From the IMG/VR virus record IMGVR_UViG_3300040801_002123, positions 1 to 39,901 of that record: a stretch of DNA of 39,901 nucleotides, one strand, 5' to 3'. This DNA comes from a virus. Below are positions 14,621 to 23,873 of this stretch, piece after piece (within the stretch, counting starts at the first letter, position 1; every line of letters begins with the position of its first letter). Position numbers and translations under genes: made by a program. The notes under the pieces are model-generated. The model ran no database searches. It was not told the origin of the DNA and worked only from the letters and a program-made list of their open reading frames with translations.

Positions 14621-15138
14621 CCCTCGGGCCAGACCACGGCCGCGACCGCGGCGGGCGTGGTAGCAGCGTCCACCTGCGCCTTCAGCGCGCGCGCCGTCGC
14701 GTGCTGCACCCACTTGTGGGCGCCCCAGGCCCGGGCAAGCTCCAGCACGGCGGGGGCGTCCATGGGCACGTCCTGGTTATCCTCCGTGCGCCACTCAAAG
14801 CCCGGCGGCACCGTGCCGTCGATCGCGGCGCTCATCGCCTGGCCCAGGATGTTCGCCTCGCTGTCCGCGTCGGAGTCGAATCGATACTCGACCCCGGCCA
14901 CCGTATGCGAGAACCCGCCGCGGATGCGCCGATCGCGCTCGCCATTGATCCGGGCGCGCGCCTGCGCCTGCAGCTCGGCGAGCGGCGGCGGCGCGAAGGT
15001 CTGGCCGTCGAAGGCCCAGCCCACCTCCACCTCCGGCCCGCAGGGCTCGTACAGCGCTGCCGCCCCCGGCGCCAGCGGCGGCAGCGCGCCGGTGTCCCAG
15101 AGCTCCACCACCGTCCCGTTCTCGATTCGTGCAAACAT
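14617..15138 (-). CDS. Tail-fibre-associated protein (DUF4376-like / fibre assembly).
   Basis: 173 aa, directly downstream of the fibre gene (TGATG overlap). The segment RINGERDRRIRGGF...YRFDSDADSEANILG...W resembles DUF4376 as I remember it. Confidence 0.5.
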   Translation of the reverse strand: MFARIENGTVVELWDTGALPPLAPGAAALYEPCGPEVEVGWAFDGQTFAPPPLAELQAQARARINGERDRRIRGGFSHTVAGVEYRFDSDADSEANILGQAMSAAIDGTVPPGFEWRTEDNQDVPMDAPAVLELARAWGAHKWVQHATARALKAQVDAATTPAAVAAVVWPEG

Positions 15139-16232
15139 CAGAAGGACTCCCGCACTAGGACCACCGCAGGGCCGCCGGCCTGACGCCCCTGACCACCCGC
15201 ACCGGGCGCGACACCATCTTGGGCGAACCCAGGCACATCAGCGGGGGGAGGGCCGCCGAAGATGGAGGCACCCGCTAGGTACACGCTGCCGGTGTACGAG
15301 ATGCCTCCGCCGTAGATGTTCAGGTCTCCCCCGATGCCGACCCCGGGGCCGGAGCTGATCTGCGCAGTGTTCCCGCCCCCCGTCGCGGAGCAGTGCGCCC
15401 CGAAGGATGCGGTCCCGCCCGCCCCGGAGGTGGAGCGCCCGGGCACCGTAACGACCTCGGTCGCGCCCAAGACGGCCGCCTCCAGGTACTTGATGGCCGC
15501 CCCGCCGGCATGACCCACGGGATTCCGCCAGGCCCCAAAATCGAAATAGGGTGTGCCGCTACCACCGCCTCCCACCACCAGCACCTCCGCTGCCAGCAGC
15601 CCCTCAGGCTTGGTCCACACCGCTGATCCAGCATAGACCCGCAACGCCTTGTAGCCGCCTCCGGCGCCCGTGTGATTCGCCCGATCCAGGATCCATGCCA
15701 GGTGCTGGCCGTCCAGGGTGTCGGCGTCCAGGGCCGAGCCCGGGCCGGCGACGGTGCGCAGCAGCGCGAGGATCTCGGCGGCGGTCTGGTCGGCCGTCGC
15801 GCCGGTCTCGATGCCCTCGAGCTTGGAGAAGTGCGCGGCGCTCATGAAGCCGGCAGCCAGGGCCGTGGCCAGCGCGTGCAGCGTGCCGCCGCCGCGGGTG
15901 CCGTGGCTGGAATCCGCGAAGCGCGCGCCGGGCAGCGTGCCGGCATTGATGTTGCCGGCGTTGCGGTAGAAGGCCTCGGCCTGCCCGTTCAGGCGGTCCG
16001 AGTCCCGCACCTTCATCTCAAAGAGGCCCGCGAGCTGCTCCCAGCTCGTGCCGTTGTAGCGCTCGAAGCGGGCGGCCGCCTGGTTCCAGCGCTTGGCGTT
16101 GGTCGGCAGGTTCGCCGCGCCAGTGAGGTCCTCGAGCATCGTCACCGCGTCCAGGTCGCGCTGGCGCAGCTCGGGCACGAACTGATTGATGTAATGCCGT
16201 GTCTCGTCCGGGTACTGCCAATCACCGGCCAT
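15138..16232 (-). CDS. Tail fibre protein with a glycine-rich C-terminal domain.
   Basis: 364 aa following the J-like gene. C-terminus reads VVGGGGSGTPY...GGAGGTASFG...GGGNT...IGGDLNIYGGG. Confidence 0.65.
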   Translation of the reverse strand: MAGDWQYPDETRHYINQFVPELRQRDLDAVTMLEDLTGAANLPTNAKRWNQAAARFERYNGTSWEQLAGLFEMKVRDSDRLNGQAEAFYRNAGNINAGTLPGARFADSSHGTRGGGTLHALATALAAGFMSAAHFSKLEGIETGATADQTAAEILALLRTVAGPGSALDADTLDGQHLAWILDRANHTGAGGGYKALRVYAGSAVWTKPEGLLAAEVLVVGGGGSGTPYFDFGAWRNPVGHAGGAAIKYLEAAVLGATEVVTVPGRSTSGAGGTASFGAHCSATGGGNTAQISSGPGVGIGGDLNIYGGGISYTGSVYLAGASIFGGPPPADVPGFAQDGVAPGAGGQGRQAGGPAVVLVRESF

Positions 16233-16234
16233 GG

Positions 16235-19200
16235 TTAGTTACCTCGCGCGATCCAGAAGACGTCCCCCGAGACGCGCGCGCCGGTCGCGCGGTCGAACAG
16301 GTAGACGGAGAAGGTGGTGGGGTTGGGCGTGCCGGCGAAGTCCACCACGGCGATCACAGCGGCCGTGCCGATCGGCTGCACGTCGATGGACTGCACGTCC
16401 ACAAAGGCCTTGCTGAAGGTCACGGCCGTGCCGCCCGCATCGCCGGCGGCGCAGCTGGCGCGGCCCTGGTCGGTCTTCTCCTTCACGCTGAGGCGCACGC
16501 GCAGCTCGTTCAGGCGCAGCAGGTCGTCGCCGCCGGCGGCGGCGAAGTCCAGGCGCACCCGCACATAGCGGAAGTCCGTCTCGAACACCTGCCAGAGCCC
16601 GGGGTGCTCCGTCCAAGGGTCGGTATCGAGCGCGCGCACCGCGATGGTGGGCGTGATCGTCACCTCCCCGGCGATCAGCTCGCGCGAGAGCACGGCCGTC
16701 ACCAGCGTGCCCGCCAGCACCGTGCCGTAGTCGAAGACCTCCTCATAGAAGGCCGTGCCCTCGGCCGGCATGGCGTAGTTGGGGAAGCCCGCCGCCACCT
16801 GCTCGGCGATCGTCGCCCAGGCCCTCGAGGAGAAGTGCGTGGCCCAGGTCTCGGTGGTGTTCACCGGCACCAGCAGCCCGCCGGAGTCCAGCGGCGCGGC
16901 GTTGCTCAGCGTGCCGCCCCAGGCCGATATCCAGTCCGTGCGCAGGATGAAGTCCGGCGGCTCGGAGACGGCCACGCGCGCCTGCGCCGGCGTGCCCGCG
17001 TTGCCGGCGGAGTCCACCGGCGTCACCCAATACACGTACTCGCCCTGCTGCACCTCGAAGTGGTGAAGGATGGTCGCCGAGACGCTGCCGAGCCGCTCGG
17101 CCGTGGCGTAGTCCTCGCCGCGGTGCACGTCATAGTGGGCGATCGGCAGCGTGCCCGGGGCGGCGTCCCAGGTGAGCTGCACGTAGTTGTCGATCACCCG
17201 CTGCGCGATCGCGCTCACCGTCGCCGGCGCCACGCTCACGGCCACGCTCGCCGGCGCGCCCACGTTGCCGGCGGAGTCCACCGCGGCGACCCACCAGGTG
17301 CGCAGCCCCAGCCACTGCGCCCGGGCCGTGAACTGGCGGGCGTCGACGCGCGTCACCACCGTGGCCGTGGCCCAGTCCGCGCCGTGGCGCACCTCATACT
17401 CGGCCACCGGGAATGAGGCGGGCGGCTCGCCCCAGTCCAGCACCAGGGCCTCGGCGGTAAATCCGGCGGTGAGCTCGCCCACCGCCAGCGGCTGCTCGAT
17501 CGTGATCGACGCGGCCGCGGCGTTGGCCGAGAGGTTGCGCGAGGTGTCCCGCGCCTTGATCAGGAAGTCATAGCTGCCCTGCGCCACGATATCGAGCGCG
17601 AGCTCCGTGCCATCGATGCGCCCCACGGTCACGCCCGTGTCCCAGTCGGTGCCGGCGCGCACTTCGTAGTCCAGCAGGTCGGCATCCGGTACCGGCGCCC
17701 AGGTGAGCGCGATCCCGTAGCTGCGCGCGCTGGCCGCGAAGTCGAGCACGTCCGCCGGCGGCGCCGCCTTGCCGACGATCGAGTGCGTCAGCGTCGCGCG
17801 CCCGCTCGGCCCGTACTCGCCGCGCCGGTTCAGCAACGTCACCTCGATATCCACCAGCCCGGTGGTGCGCCAGTCGAACTCCGCGCGCCGCCCCAGCGTG
17901 CGCTCCACCACCGCCAGCGGCTCGCCGGCGGGCGCGGCGCGCACGATCGCCCCGGCGTAGTCGCCGGCGACGTCCCACACCGCCACCACGCGCACCGAGA
18001 AGGAATCGCCGGCGCGATAGAGCGTGTCGCTTACCTCCAGGTTCGCCAGCGTGGGCGCGGTGCCGCTGGCCTGGGCTGGCGTGTAGTCATAGGCGCCGAA
18101 CTCCGAGAGGTAGTAGGCGTCGTCTTCGTCCGTCGCCGTCAGCCGCACCCATTGCTCATCGATGGGCTGCACGTCCAGCACCTTCACGCGCTTGCCCGGC
18201 GTCGGCGCCGGCGCGAAATGCCAGGTGTAGTCCAGCGGCGGGTGGTCCGGGTCCGCGCTCGGGTCCACGCCCAGCGGGTCCAGCAGCGTGAGCTGCTCGG
18301 CCTCCGTGCCCGGGTACTGCACGCCGTGCACGGTGTAGGTCCCGTCCGGTTGGCGGATGCCGATGTAGTGATCGAGCCCAGTGGTGAAGGGCACGGCGCG
18401 GTCCAGCGTGAGCGTGGTGGGCGTGCCCGTCAGCAACCGACCGGAGTAGGCCCAGCGGGTGAGGTCGTGGGAGAGCTCCACCACGTCCCCGCGCTGCACC
18501 GCGCTGCCCTCCAGGTCCGTCTCCCAGGTGATGCGCCGGCGCCGGTGCACCTGCTGCGCGGCCAGCAGGTTGGCCTCGCGCCCGGCCTGGTCGCGATCAA
18601 TGATGCCCGGCACGTCCACGGTGGCCGAGTTCTCCGGCGTCGTCACCCCCGGGACGCGGGCGCGCACGCTATCCGGCTTCCAGCCCAGCTCCGGACTCAT
18701 GTAGCGCACCACCACCTCATCGGCGAGCCGCCCGGTGAGGTACTCGATCCGGAAGGAGCCCTCGCGGATGTTGTGCATGCCGAAGTGCCCGACCGCGGGC
18801 TGCCCGCCGGCATCCCACACCACGCCCAGCCGCCCCGAGCCCCAGGAGGTGGACGCCCGCCCGCAGCGGGCGATCAGGCTCAGGGCCTGCAGCACCGAGG
18901 TGCCGGAGGCATCCAGCACCAGCGAGCAGCTCAGGCCCTTGAGATCACACCAGGCGCCCCACTCCTGAATGGCCGCGATGTCGATCCGCTCATCCGCCAG
19001 GCCCGCGCCCCAGATCCGCCGCCCGCCCACAAAGCGGCCGCGCGCGAAGTACAGGAACAACCAGGCCGGGTTCTGGCTCTCCTGGGTGGTCCAGTTCGCC
19101 CCGTCCCACACCGGCACCCGGGTGGAGGCTATGGCGTTGAACTGGTCCACCACGCCCTGCAGCTGCCCGCTCGCGGTGATCCGCAGCGCCAGGCGCTTCT

Positions 19201-20374
19201 GCCCGTCATAGTCGGCGTCATCGGGCTGGTAGCTGCGCAGGCTCGACCAGCTCAGCTCCAGGGTCGCCTTCGGGTCGCCTGGGCTCACGGCCTGGCCGAA
19301 GCCCCGCGTGGCGCCCGTGAGCTGCACGCGCACCTCATACTGGCCGCGCGGTACCGAGCGGCGCACGCCCCGGCGCACCGGCGCCCGGCTCGAGCTGCTC
19401 AGCGTCAGGCTCGCCGCGTCCCCCAGCGGCAGCCAGCTCGGCCCGCCGAGCTCGCGGTACTCGATCGTCACCTGCGCGTTCAGGGTCTCCAGGTCCGTAT
19501 TGCCGAGGTAGAACAGGTACCCCGTGATCTCCACCGCCAGGGCCGTGGCGTCCAGAGGCGAGGTGCGCAGCACGGGCGGATCGCCGATGTTGAGCTCGGC
19601 GCCTGCGGCCGTGTCCACGTTGCCCGGGAAGAGCGTCAGCGCCCCATCGGCGCCGGACTCCTCCACCTCCACCCCCTGGTAGTCGCTGAGCGGGGTGTCG
19701 CCGATGCGGTAGTCCGAGAGCAGCACGTCGGTGAGCCCGAAGTGGAAGATCTGCGAGAGCACCTGGTCCTCGCCGATGAACTCGGCGTAGGGCTGGGCCC
19801 CGAGGTCCGGCGTCACACGGTGGCGCCCGAGCACCAGCGGCATGGGCGCCTCCAGGCGCGCGCGGTTGCTGCCGCCGGTGAGTCCATAGGTGGGGCTTTC
19901 GTCGTCGGCCTGCGGGCCGGCGACGTCCGGCACCTCGATCGGCACCAGGGCGTTCACCAGCAGCATGCCGCCCACGGTCACCAGCGTGGTGCCGAGCGAG
20001 GCGCTCACGCCGAGCGCGCTCCCGACCGCCCCGCCGGCCTGCGGCGCCACCAGCAGCACGGCAATGCTCAGGGCCACGCGCAGCGGGTCCGAGCCCTCGC
20101 CGCCATCCAGGCCCGCGCGCAGCACCAGCAGCTGGCCGGGCTCGGGGTAGGTCCGCGCCCAGGCCTCGCGCGGGATGCGCACATCGTCCAGCGTCAGCAG
20201 CGCCGGGCGCTCACCCGGGTGCAGCTTCAGGCGGCGCAGGTAGGCCTGCACACTCTCCCCGGCGCCCACCGGCTCGCGGTGCAGCGTGCGCCCCGCCGTC
20301 GCCAGCACCGGGTGCGGGCAGTGCACCAGGGTCGGCCGTGGCGCGTGCTCGAGCACCTGCCCTACCCCCGCCAT
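16235..20374 (-). CDS. Host-specificity / tail tip protein (lambda J / TipJ-like), 1379 aa.
   Basis: ATG 20374 overlaps the end of the K-like gene. N-terminal TipJ-like region (LLTLDDVRIPREAWARTYPEPGQLLVLRAGLDGGEGSDPLR...). Long beta-rich C-terminus. The first 177 codons of the listed 1556-aa ORF were rejected. Confidence 0.8.
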   Translation of the reverse strand: MAGVGQVLEHAPRPTLVHCPHPVLATAGRTLHREPVGAGESVQAYLRRLKLHPGERPALLTLDDVRIPREAWARTYPEPGQLLVLRAGLDGGEGSDPLRVALSIAVLLVAPQAGGAVGSALGVSASLGTTLVTVGGMLLVNALVPIEVPDVAGPQADDESPTYGLTGGSNRARLEAPMPLVLGRHRVTPDLGAQPYAEFIGEDQVLSQIFHFGLTDVLLSDYRIGDTPLSDYQGVEVEESGADGALTLFPGNVDTAAGAELNIGDPPVLRTSPLDATALAVEITGYLFYLGNTDLETLNAQVTIEYRELGGPSWLPLGDAASLTLSSSSRAPVRRGVRRSVPRGQYEVRVQLTGATRGFGQAVSPGDPKATLELSWSSLRSYQPDDADYDGQKRLALRITASGQLQGVVDQFNAIASTRVPVWDGANWTTQESQNPAWLFLYFARGRFVGGRRIWGAGLADERIDIAAIQEWGAWCDLKGLSCSLVLDASGTSVLQALSLIARCGRASTSWGSGRLGVVWDAGGQPAVGHFGMHNIREGSFRIEYLTGRLADEVVVRYMSPELGWKPDSVRARVPGVTTPENSATVDVPGIIDRDQAGREANLLAAQQVHRRRRITWETDLEGSAVQRGDVVELSHDLTRWAYSGRLLTGTPTTLTLDRAVPFTTGLDHYIGIRQPDGTYTVHGVQYPGTEAEQLTLLDPLGVDPSADPDHPPLDYTWHFAPAPTPGKRVKVLDVQPIDEQWVRLTATDEDDAYYLSEFGAYDYTPAQASGTAPTLANLEVSDTLYRAGDSFSVRVVAVWDVAGDYAGAIVRAAPAGEPLAVVERTLGRRAEFDWRTTGLVDIEVTLLNRRGEYGPSGRATLTHSIVGKAAPPADVLDFAASARSYGIALTWAPVPDADLLDYEVRAGTDWDTGVTVGRIDGTELALDIVAQGSYDFLIKARDTSRNLSANAAAASITIEQPLAVGELTAGFTAEALVLDWGEPPASFPVAEYEVRHGADWATATVVTRVDARQFTARAQWLGLRTWWVAAVDSAGNVGAPASVAVSVAPATVSAIAQRVIDNYVQLTWDAAPGTLPIAHYDVHRGEDYATAERLGSVSATILHHFEVQQGEYVYWVTPVDSAGNAGTPAQARVAVSEPPDFILRTDWISAWGGTLSNAAPLDSGGLLVPVNTTETWATHFSSRAWATIAEQVAAGFPNYAMPAEGTAFYEEVFDYGTVLAGTLVTAVLSRELIAGEVTITPTIAVRALDTDPWTEHPGLWQVFETDFRYVRVRLDFAAAGGDDLLRLNELRVRLSVKEKTDQGRASCAAGDAGGTAVTFSKAFVDVQSIDVQPIGTAAVIAVVDFAGTPNPTTFSVYLFDRATGARVSGDVFWIARGN

Positions 20375-20808
20375 CGGTAGAACCCCTCCACCTGGATGCC
20401 ATAGCCCGGCAGCTCGCGCAGGCGGTGCCGGCGCGTCTCGCCCGCGCCGCGCAGGGCGTGCAGCACCCAGGCCACCCCGCCGATCAGGCAGTAAAGGCCC
20501 ACATGGCGTAGCCGCCCGCGGGTGTACATCAGCACCGCATCGCCATCCGCCGGCGCCGTGGTCGGCGTGCCGTAATCGGCCTTCAGGTCCTCGATCTGGC
20601 GCGAGAGCCCGCGCAGGCCGGCGGCGCGCTCCGCCGGCAGCGGCACCGCCTGGCCGAAGACCTCCAGGCGCACCCGGCGCGCGAGCTCGGCGCAGTCCGC
20701 CTCGGCATAGGGCAGGCCCACATAGGCATCGGACCAATGCGCCGGCGTGAGCGGGCCGGGAATATTCACGCTTGTCGGCCCCGAACCCTGCGCTATACTC
20801 CCGCGCAT
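20362..20808 (-). CDS. NlpC/P60-family tail tip protein (lambda K-like). Start uncertain (GTG 20769 possible).
   Basis: WSDAYVGLPYAEADCAELARRV...RLRHVGLY has the Cys...His pattern of C40 peptidases. It lies between the L-like and J-like genes. Confidence 0.65.
   Translation of the reverse strand: MRGSIAQGSGPTSVNIPGPLTPAHWSDAYVGLPYAEADCAELARRVRLEVFGQAVPLPAERAAGLRGLSRQIEDLKADYGTPTTAPADGDAVLMYTRGRLRHVGLYCLIGGVAWVLHALRGAGETRRHRLRELPGYGIQVEGFYRWRG
20772..20799 (+). promoter_or_regulatory. Sigma70-like promoter TTGTCG-16 nt-TATACT. The ATG lies 7 nt after the -10, so the mRNA is predicted to be leaderless.
   Basis: Read directly upstream of ATG 20807. Confidence 0.55.
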
Positions 20809-21040
20809 GGAAGGATCCTCCCCAGGCGTTGCACTGATCGCGTTCGCCCTCGCCATCGCGGTCTACCTCACCCCCTCGATCATCGCGGTCTCCCGCAAGC
20901 ACCACCAGGCCATGGCCATCATGGCGCTGAACGTGCTGCTGGGCTGGGCCGTGCTGGGCTGGATCGGGGCGCTCATCTGGTCGCTCATGGAAGTGCGCCG
21001 CCCTAGTACAGCCCCGGAGCCGTCTCAGGGCGATAGCTGA
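20807..21040 (+). CDS. Superinfection immunity protein (Imm_superinfect family), a moron on the opposite strand.
   Basis: IAFALAIAVYLTPSIIAVSRKHHQAMAIMALNVLLGWAVLGWIGALIWSL matches the remembered family signature (P-S-I-I-A-x-x-R ... L-N-x-L-L-G-W-T-x-x-G-W-x-x-A-L-x-W). Confidence 0.8.
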   Translation: MEGSSPGVALIAFALAIAVYLTPSIIAVSRKHHQAMAIMALNVLLGWAVLGWIGALIWSLMEVRRPSTAPEPSQGDS

Positions 21041-21479
21041 GCGCGCAGGCCGGTCGGTTCAGCACGTCCTCGAACCCGAGCTGCCCGCTCACCGTAAAGA
21101 CGTCCATCAGCACGCCCTGCAGCTCGAGCTGCACCTCCCACTCCACCACGTCCGGATCCGAGCGCAGCACCTGCAGCATGCGCACGCCGGCGCCCGCGCC
21201 GCCCTCGGTCGCCTCCAGCCAGTCCGTGAGCTCGCGCCCCACGTTGTCGATCTGTAGCTGCGCGCGCGGTAGCTGGCCCTCGAAGTCATCCGGCAGCACG
21301 TAGCGGAACGGCGCGGCGATGTAGGTCTGGCCCTGGTGCACCAGGGCGTCGGTATCGTTCACGAAGCGCAGCGGCTCGCCCAGGGCCGGGTGCGAGATCT
21401 CCAGCAGCAGGCGCGGCACCTCCGCCGCCGCCGTGGCGTTGACGGTGCGCTGGTAGGTCGTCGAGTAGCTGCGCGCCAT
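21003..21479 (-). CDS. Minor tail protein, DUF1833 family (lambda L position).
   Basis: LLLEISHPALGEPLRFVNDTDALVHQGQTYIAAPFRYVLPDD...LQIDNVGRELTDWLE. Confidence 0.7.
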   Translation of the reverse strand: MARSYSTTYQRTVNATAAAEVPRLLLEISHPALGEPLRFVNDTDALVHQGQTYIAAPFRYVLPDDFEGQLPRAQLQIDNVGRELTDWLEATEGGAGAGVRMLQVLRSDPDVVEWEVQLELQGVLMDVFTVSGQLGFEDVLNRPACALSYRPETAPGLY

Positions 21480-21482
21480 GGC

Positions 21483-21842
21483 CTACTCCCAGGTCTCGAT
21501 CGTGCAGCTCAGCAGCCAGGCCGGCGGGCTGCCCGGCCCGGCGGACTCCGCCGTAGCCTCATACTCGCCGGACGCTATGCGCGCCTGCTTGGTCGCACCG
21601 TCGTGCGGGTCCACCCAATCGAACCAGGCCGCGCCGCGACTGATCTGCGTCCGATACCAGGTCTTCCACTGGTCGTACTCATCGCCCGTGTAGCGATAGG
21701 TGAGCTCGCGGGCCACCAGTTGCCGGCTCATGAACTGGGCCTGCTTCACCGGCCCCGATTCCATCGCCGAGCGGCGCACCGCCGCCTGCGGCTTCTCGCC
21801 CAGGCTGTTCAGCACCAATCGCCCGTAACTCGGCCAGGCCAT
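21483..21842 (-). CDS. Minor tail protein (lambda M position).
   Basis: 119 aa between the tape measure and the DUF1833 gene. Assignment is by position. Confidence 0.5.
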   Translation of the reverse strand: MAWPSYGRLVLNSLGEKPQAAVRRSAMESGPVKQAQFMSRQLVARELTYRYTGDEYDQWKTWYRTQISRGAAWFDWVDPHDGATKQARIASGEYEATAESAGPGSPPAWLLSCTIETWE

Positions 21843-21845
21843 CGA

Positions 21846-23867
21846 TCAGCGCCCCCGGATCGATTCGAGGGCGCGGCGGATCGGTCCATTCCGCTGCACG
21901 TCCTCAGTGATGATCTGCACCACCATGCCGGTGGCATCCATGCGCGTGGTGGCCTGCTGGGCGCGGATCGGCGTGCCGCGGTTGACCACCTCCACCCGTA
22001 CCGAGCCGGCGCCACCCATGTTCGCCATATGGCGCGGGTCATCGCGCGTGAGGACCTCCTCGCCCCGACGCAGGATGCTCGGCACCTCATCGGGCGCGAG
22101 CCCGGCGATGCCCCCGCCGTGGTAGCGCGGCGCGCCGAGAAAGAGCGCCGGGGAGACGCGGCGCATCGGCCCCGAGCCCGCGAGGCCGCCGGCGTGCTGC
22201 ACGAAGCCCGGCACCCCCAGCGCCCCGAACAGTGGCTGGGTCACCTGCTGGTAGATCAGGATCCGCAGCAGGTCGCGGATGATCGAGTCCGCCAGCTCCT
22301 TGAAGTCCAGCTTGCCGGTCTGAACCATGTCCGCCAGCGTGTTGGTGAACTCATCGCCCCAGCCCCGCGTCGCCGCGATCAGCCGCTCGAAGGCCTCATC
22401 GCCGGCGGCGGCCAGCTCCTCGGTGGCGGCGGTGGCGTCGAACACCGCGCGGGCGTAGGTATCCAGCGCCTCGGCCGAGCCCACCGCGCCGAAGGCCCCG
22501 CGCTCATACAGCTCATCCAGGCGCTCCAGCTCCTCGGCAAGGCGCTCCTGCTCGGTGCGCGTCGCCTGGTAGATGCGCTGCCCCTCCTCCTGCAGGTCCT
22601 GTGCGGCCTGCTGCGCCTCCACCGAGCGCACCAACTCGGCCGCGCGGCGCTGCTCCGCCTCGCTCGCCCCGAGCAAGGCGAGGCGGTAACGCGTCACCTG
22701 CTCGGCGCTCATGCCGAAGGTATCCGCCTGCTGCTGTAGCTGGTCCAGCAGGCGCTGGCGCCGGGCCGCGTCGGAGATCTCGCCGGGCATCAGCGTGCCG
22801 GCGTCCACGCCGCCCTCGGCGCCACCCTCGCGGCTCTTCAGTATCTCCTCGTTTACCCGCACCAGGTCGGCCTGCACCCGCGCGAGCTCGCGCCGCGCGG
22901 CATTCAGTGCGCGCTGCTGGGGTGAGGCCGAGGCCTCCAGCTCGCGGATGCGCTCCAACAGGCGCAGGCGCTCCGCCGTCAGGTTCGCCAGCTCCTGCGC
23001 CGGGCCGGGGTCGATCGCCTCGCTGATACGATCGAAGATCGACGCCCAGCCCTGCATCACCTCCGAGAGAAAGCCCGTCGCGCCGGTGATCTTGTCGATC
23101 GAACCGAGCAGGCGCGTGGCCGAGTTGGCGAGCTGGGTGCCGGCGCGCCCGAGGGTGAGCGGCATCTCAGCGAAGTCCTCGCCAATCGCGTCGCTCTGCT
23201 CGAGCAGCACCGCGAAGACGTCCTTGGAGAGCACCTCGCCGTCCAGCACGGCCGCGCGCAGTTGGCCCACCGTCTTATCCATCCCCTGGGCGAGACGCAC
23301 CGCGAGCTCCGGCAGGTTCTCCAGGATCGAGTTGAACTCCTCGGCCCGCACCGTGCCGGCCGCCAGGGCCTGCGAGAATTGCAGCAGGCCCGCGCGACGC
23401 TGCGCCTGCCCGGTGCCGGAGATCGCGCCGAGCTGCTGCACCGCCTCCACCACCTTGAGGACCTCGCCGGAGGTCGCCTCCAGCTCCGGCGCGGCGCGGG
23501 CGAGGCCCTGGAAGACGTCCACCGTCGCGCCGAGCTGGCTGCCCGTGCGCGCGGCCACCTGGTAGAGCTCACGGCTCACCTCTAGATAGTCCCCGGTGCC
23601 CTTGGTCGCCTGGCGGATGCGTGCCTGCAGCAGCGCCCAGGCGTCGGCCTCGCGCAGGACCCGCAGCGCCAGGCTGAGCGAGAGGTAGGCCGCGGCCGCG
23701 CCGGCCAGTCCGCGCACCGTCGCGCCCATGCGCTGCATGCCCTGCGAGGAGCGCCGCGAGGCCTGCCCTGTCCCCGCCACCTCCTCGCGTACGGTGCGCA
23801 GGTCCTGCACCGCCTTGCGGATGTCCGCGCGGACGGAGATCAGGAAGTCACGGTCGGTCCGGGCCAT
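21846..23867 (-). CDS. Tail tape measure protein.
   Basis: 673 aa, helical. Contains the tape-measure N-terminal motif region (QLGAISGTGQAQRRAGLLQFSQALAAGTVRAEEFNSILENLPELAVRLAQGM). Follows the G/G-T chaperones. Confidence 0.85.
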   Translation of the reverse strand: MARTDRDFLISVRADIRKAVQDLRTVREEVAGTGQASRRSSQGMQRMGATVRGLAGAAAAYLSLSLALRVLREADAWALLQARIRQATKGTGDYLEVSRELYQVAARTGSQLGATVDVFQGLARAAPELEATSGEVLKVVEAVQQLGAISGTGQAQRRAGLLQFSQALAAGTVRAEEFNSILENLPELAVRLAQGMDKTVGQLRAAVLDGEVLSKDVFAVLLEQSDAIGEDFAEMPLTLGRAGTQLANSATRLLGSIDKITGATGFLSEVMQGWASIFDRISEAIDPGPAQELANLTAERLRLLERIRELEASASPQQRALNAARRELARVQADLVRVNEEILKSREGGAEGGVDAGTLMPGEISDAARRQRLLDQLQQQADTFGMSAEQVTRYRLALLGASEAEQRRAAELVRSVEAQQAAQDLQEEGQRIYQATRTEQERLAEELERLDELYERGAFGAVGSAEALDTYARAVFDATAATEELAAAGDEAFERLIAATRGWGDEFTNTLADMVQTGKLDFKELADSIIRDLLRILIYQQVTQPLFGALGVPGFVQHAGGLAGSGPMRRVSPALFLGAPRYHGGGIAGLAPDEVPSILRRGEEVLTRDDPRHMANMGGAGSVRVEVVNRGTPIRAQQATTRMDATGMVVQIITEDVQRNGPIRRALESIRGR

Positions 23868-23873
23868 CTCGCC

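Noticed and set aside
20375-20905. N-terminal 177 codons of the listed 1556-aa ORF. Analogous long N-terminal extensions occur in ORFs 25760-26893, 26877-27641, 13451-14713, 9622-10758 and 11146-11613.
   Set aside because: The extensions overlap better-supported genes in other frames and are Arg/Ala/Gly/Pro-rich. In each case an internal ATG with start/stop coupling (ATGA or TGATG) or an SD fits the operon spacing.
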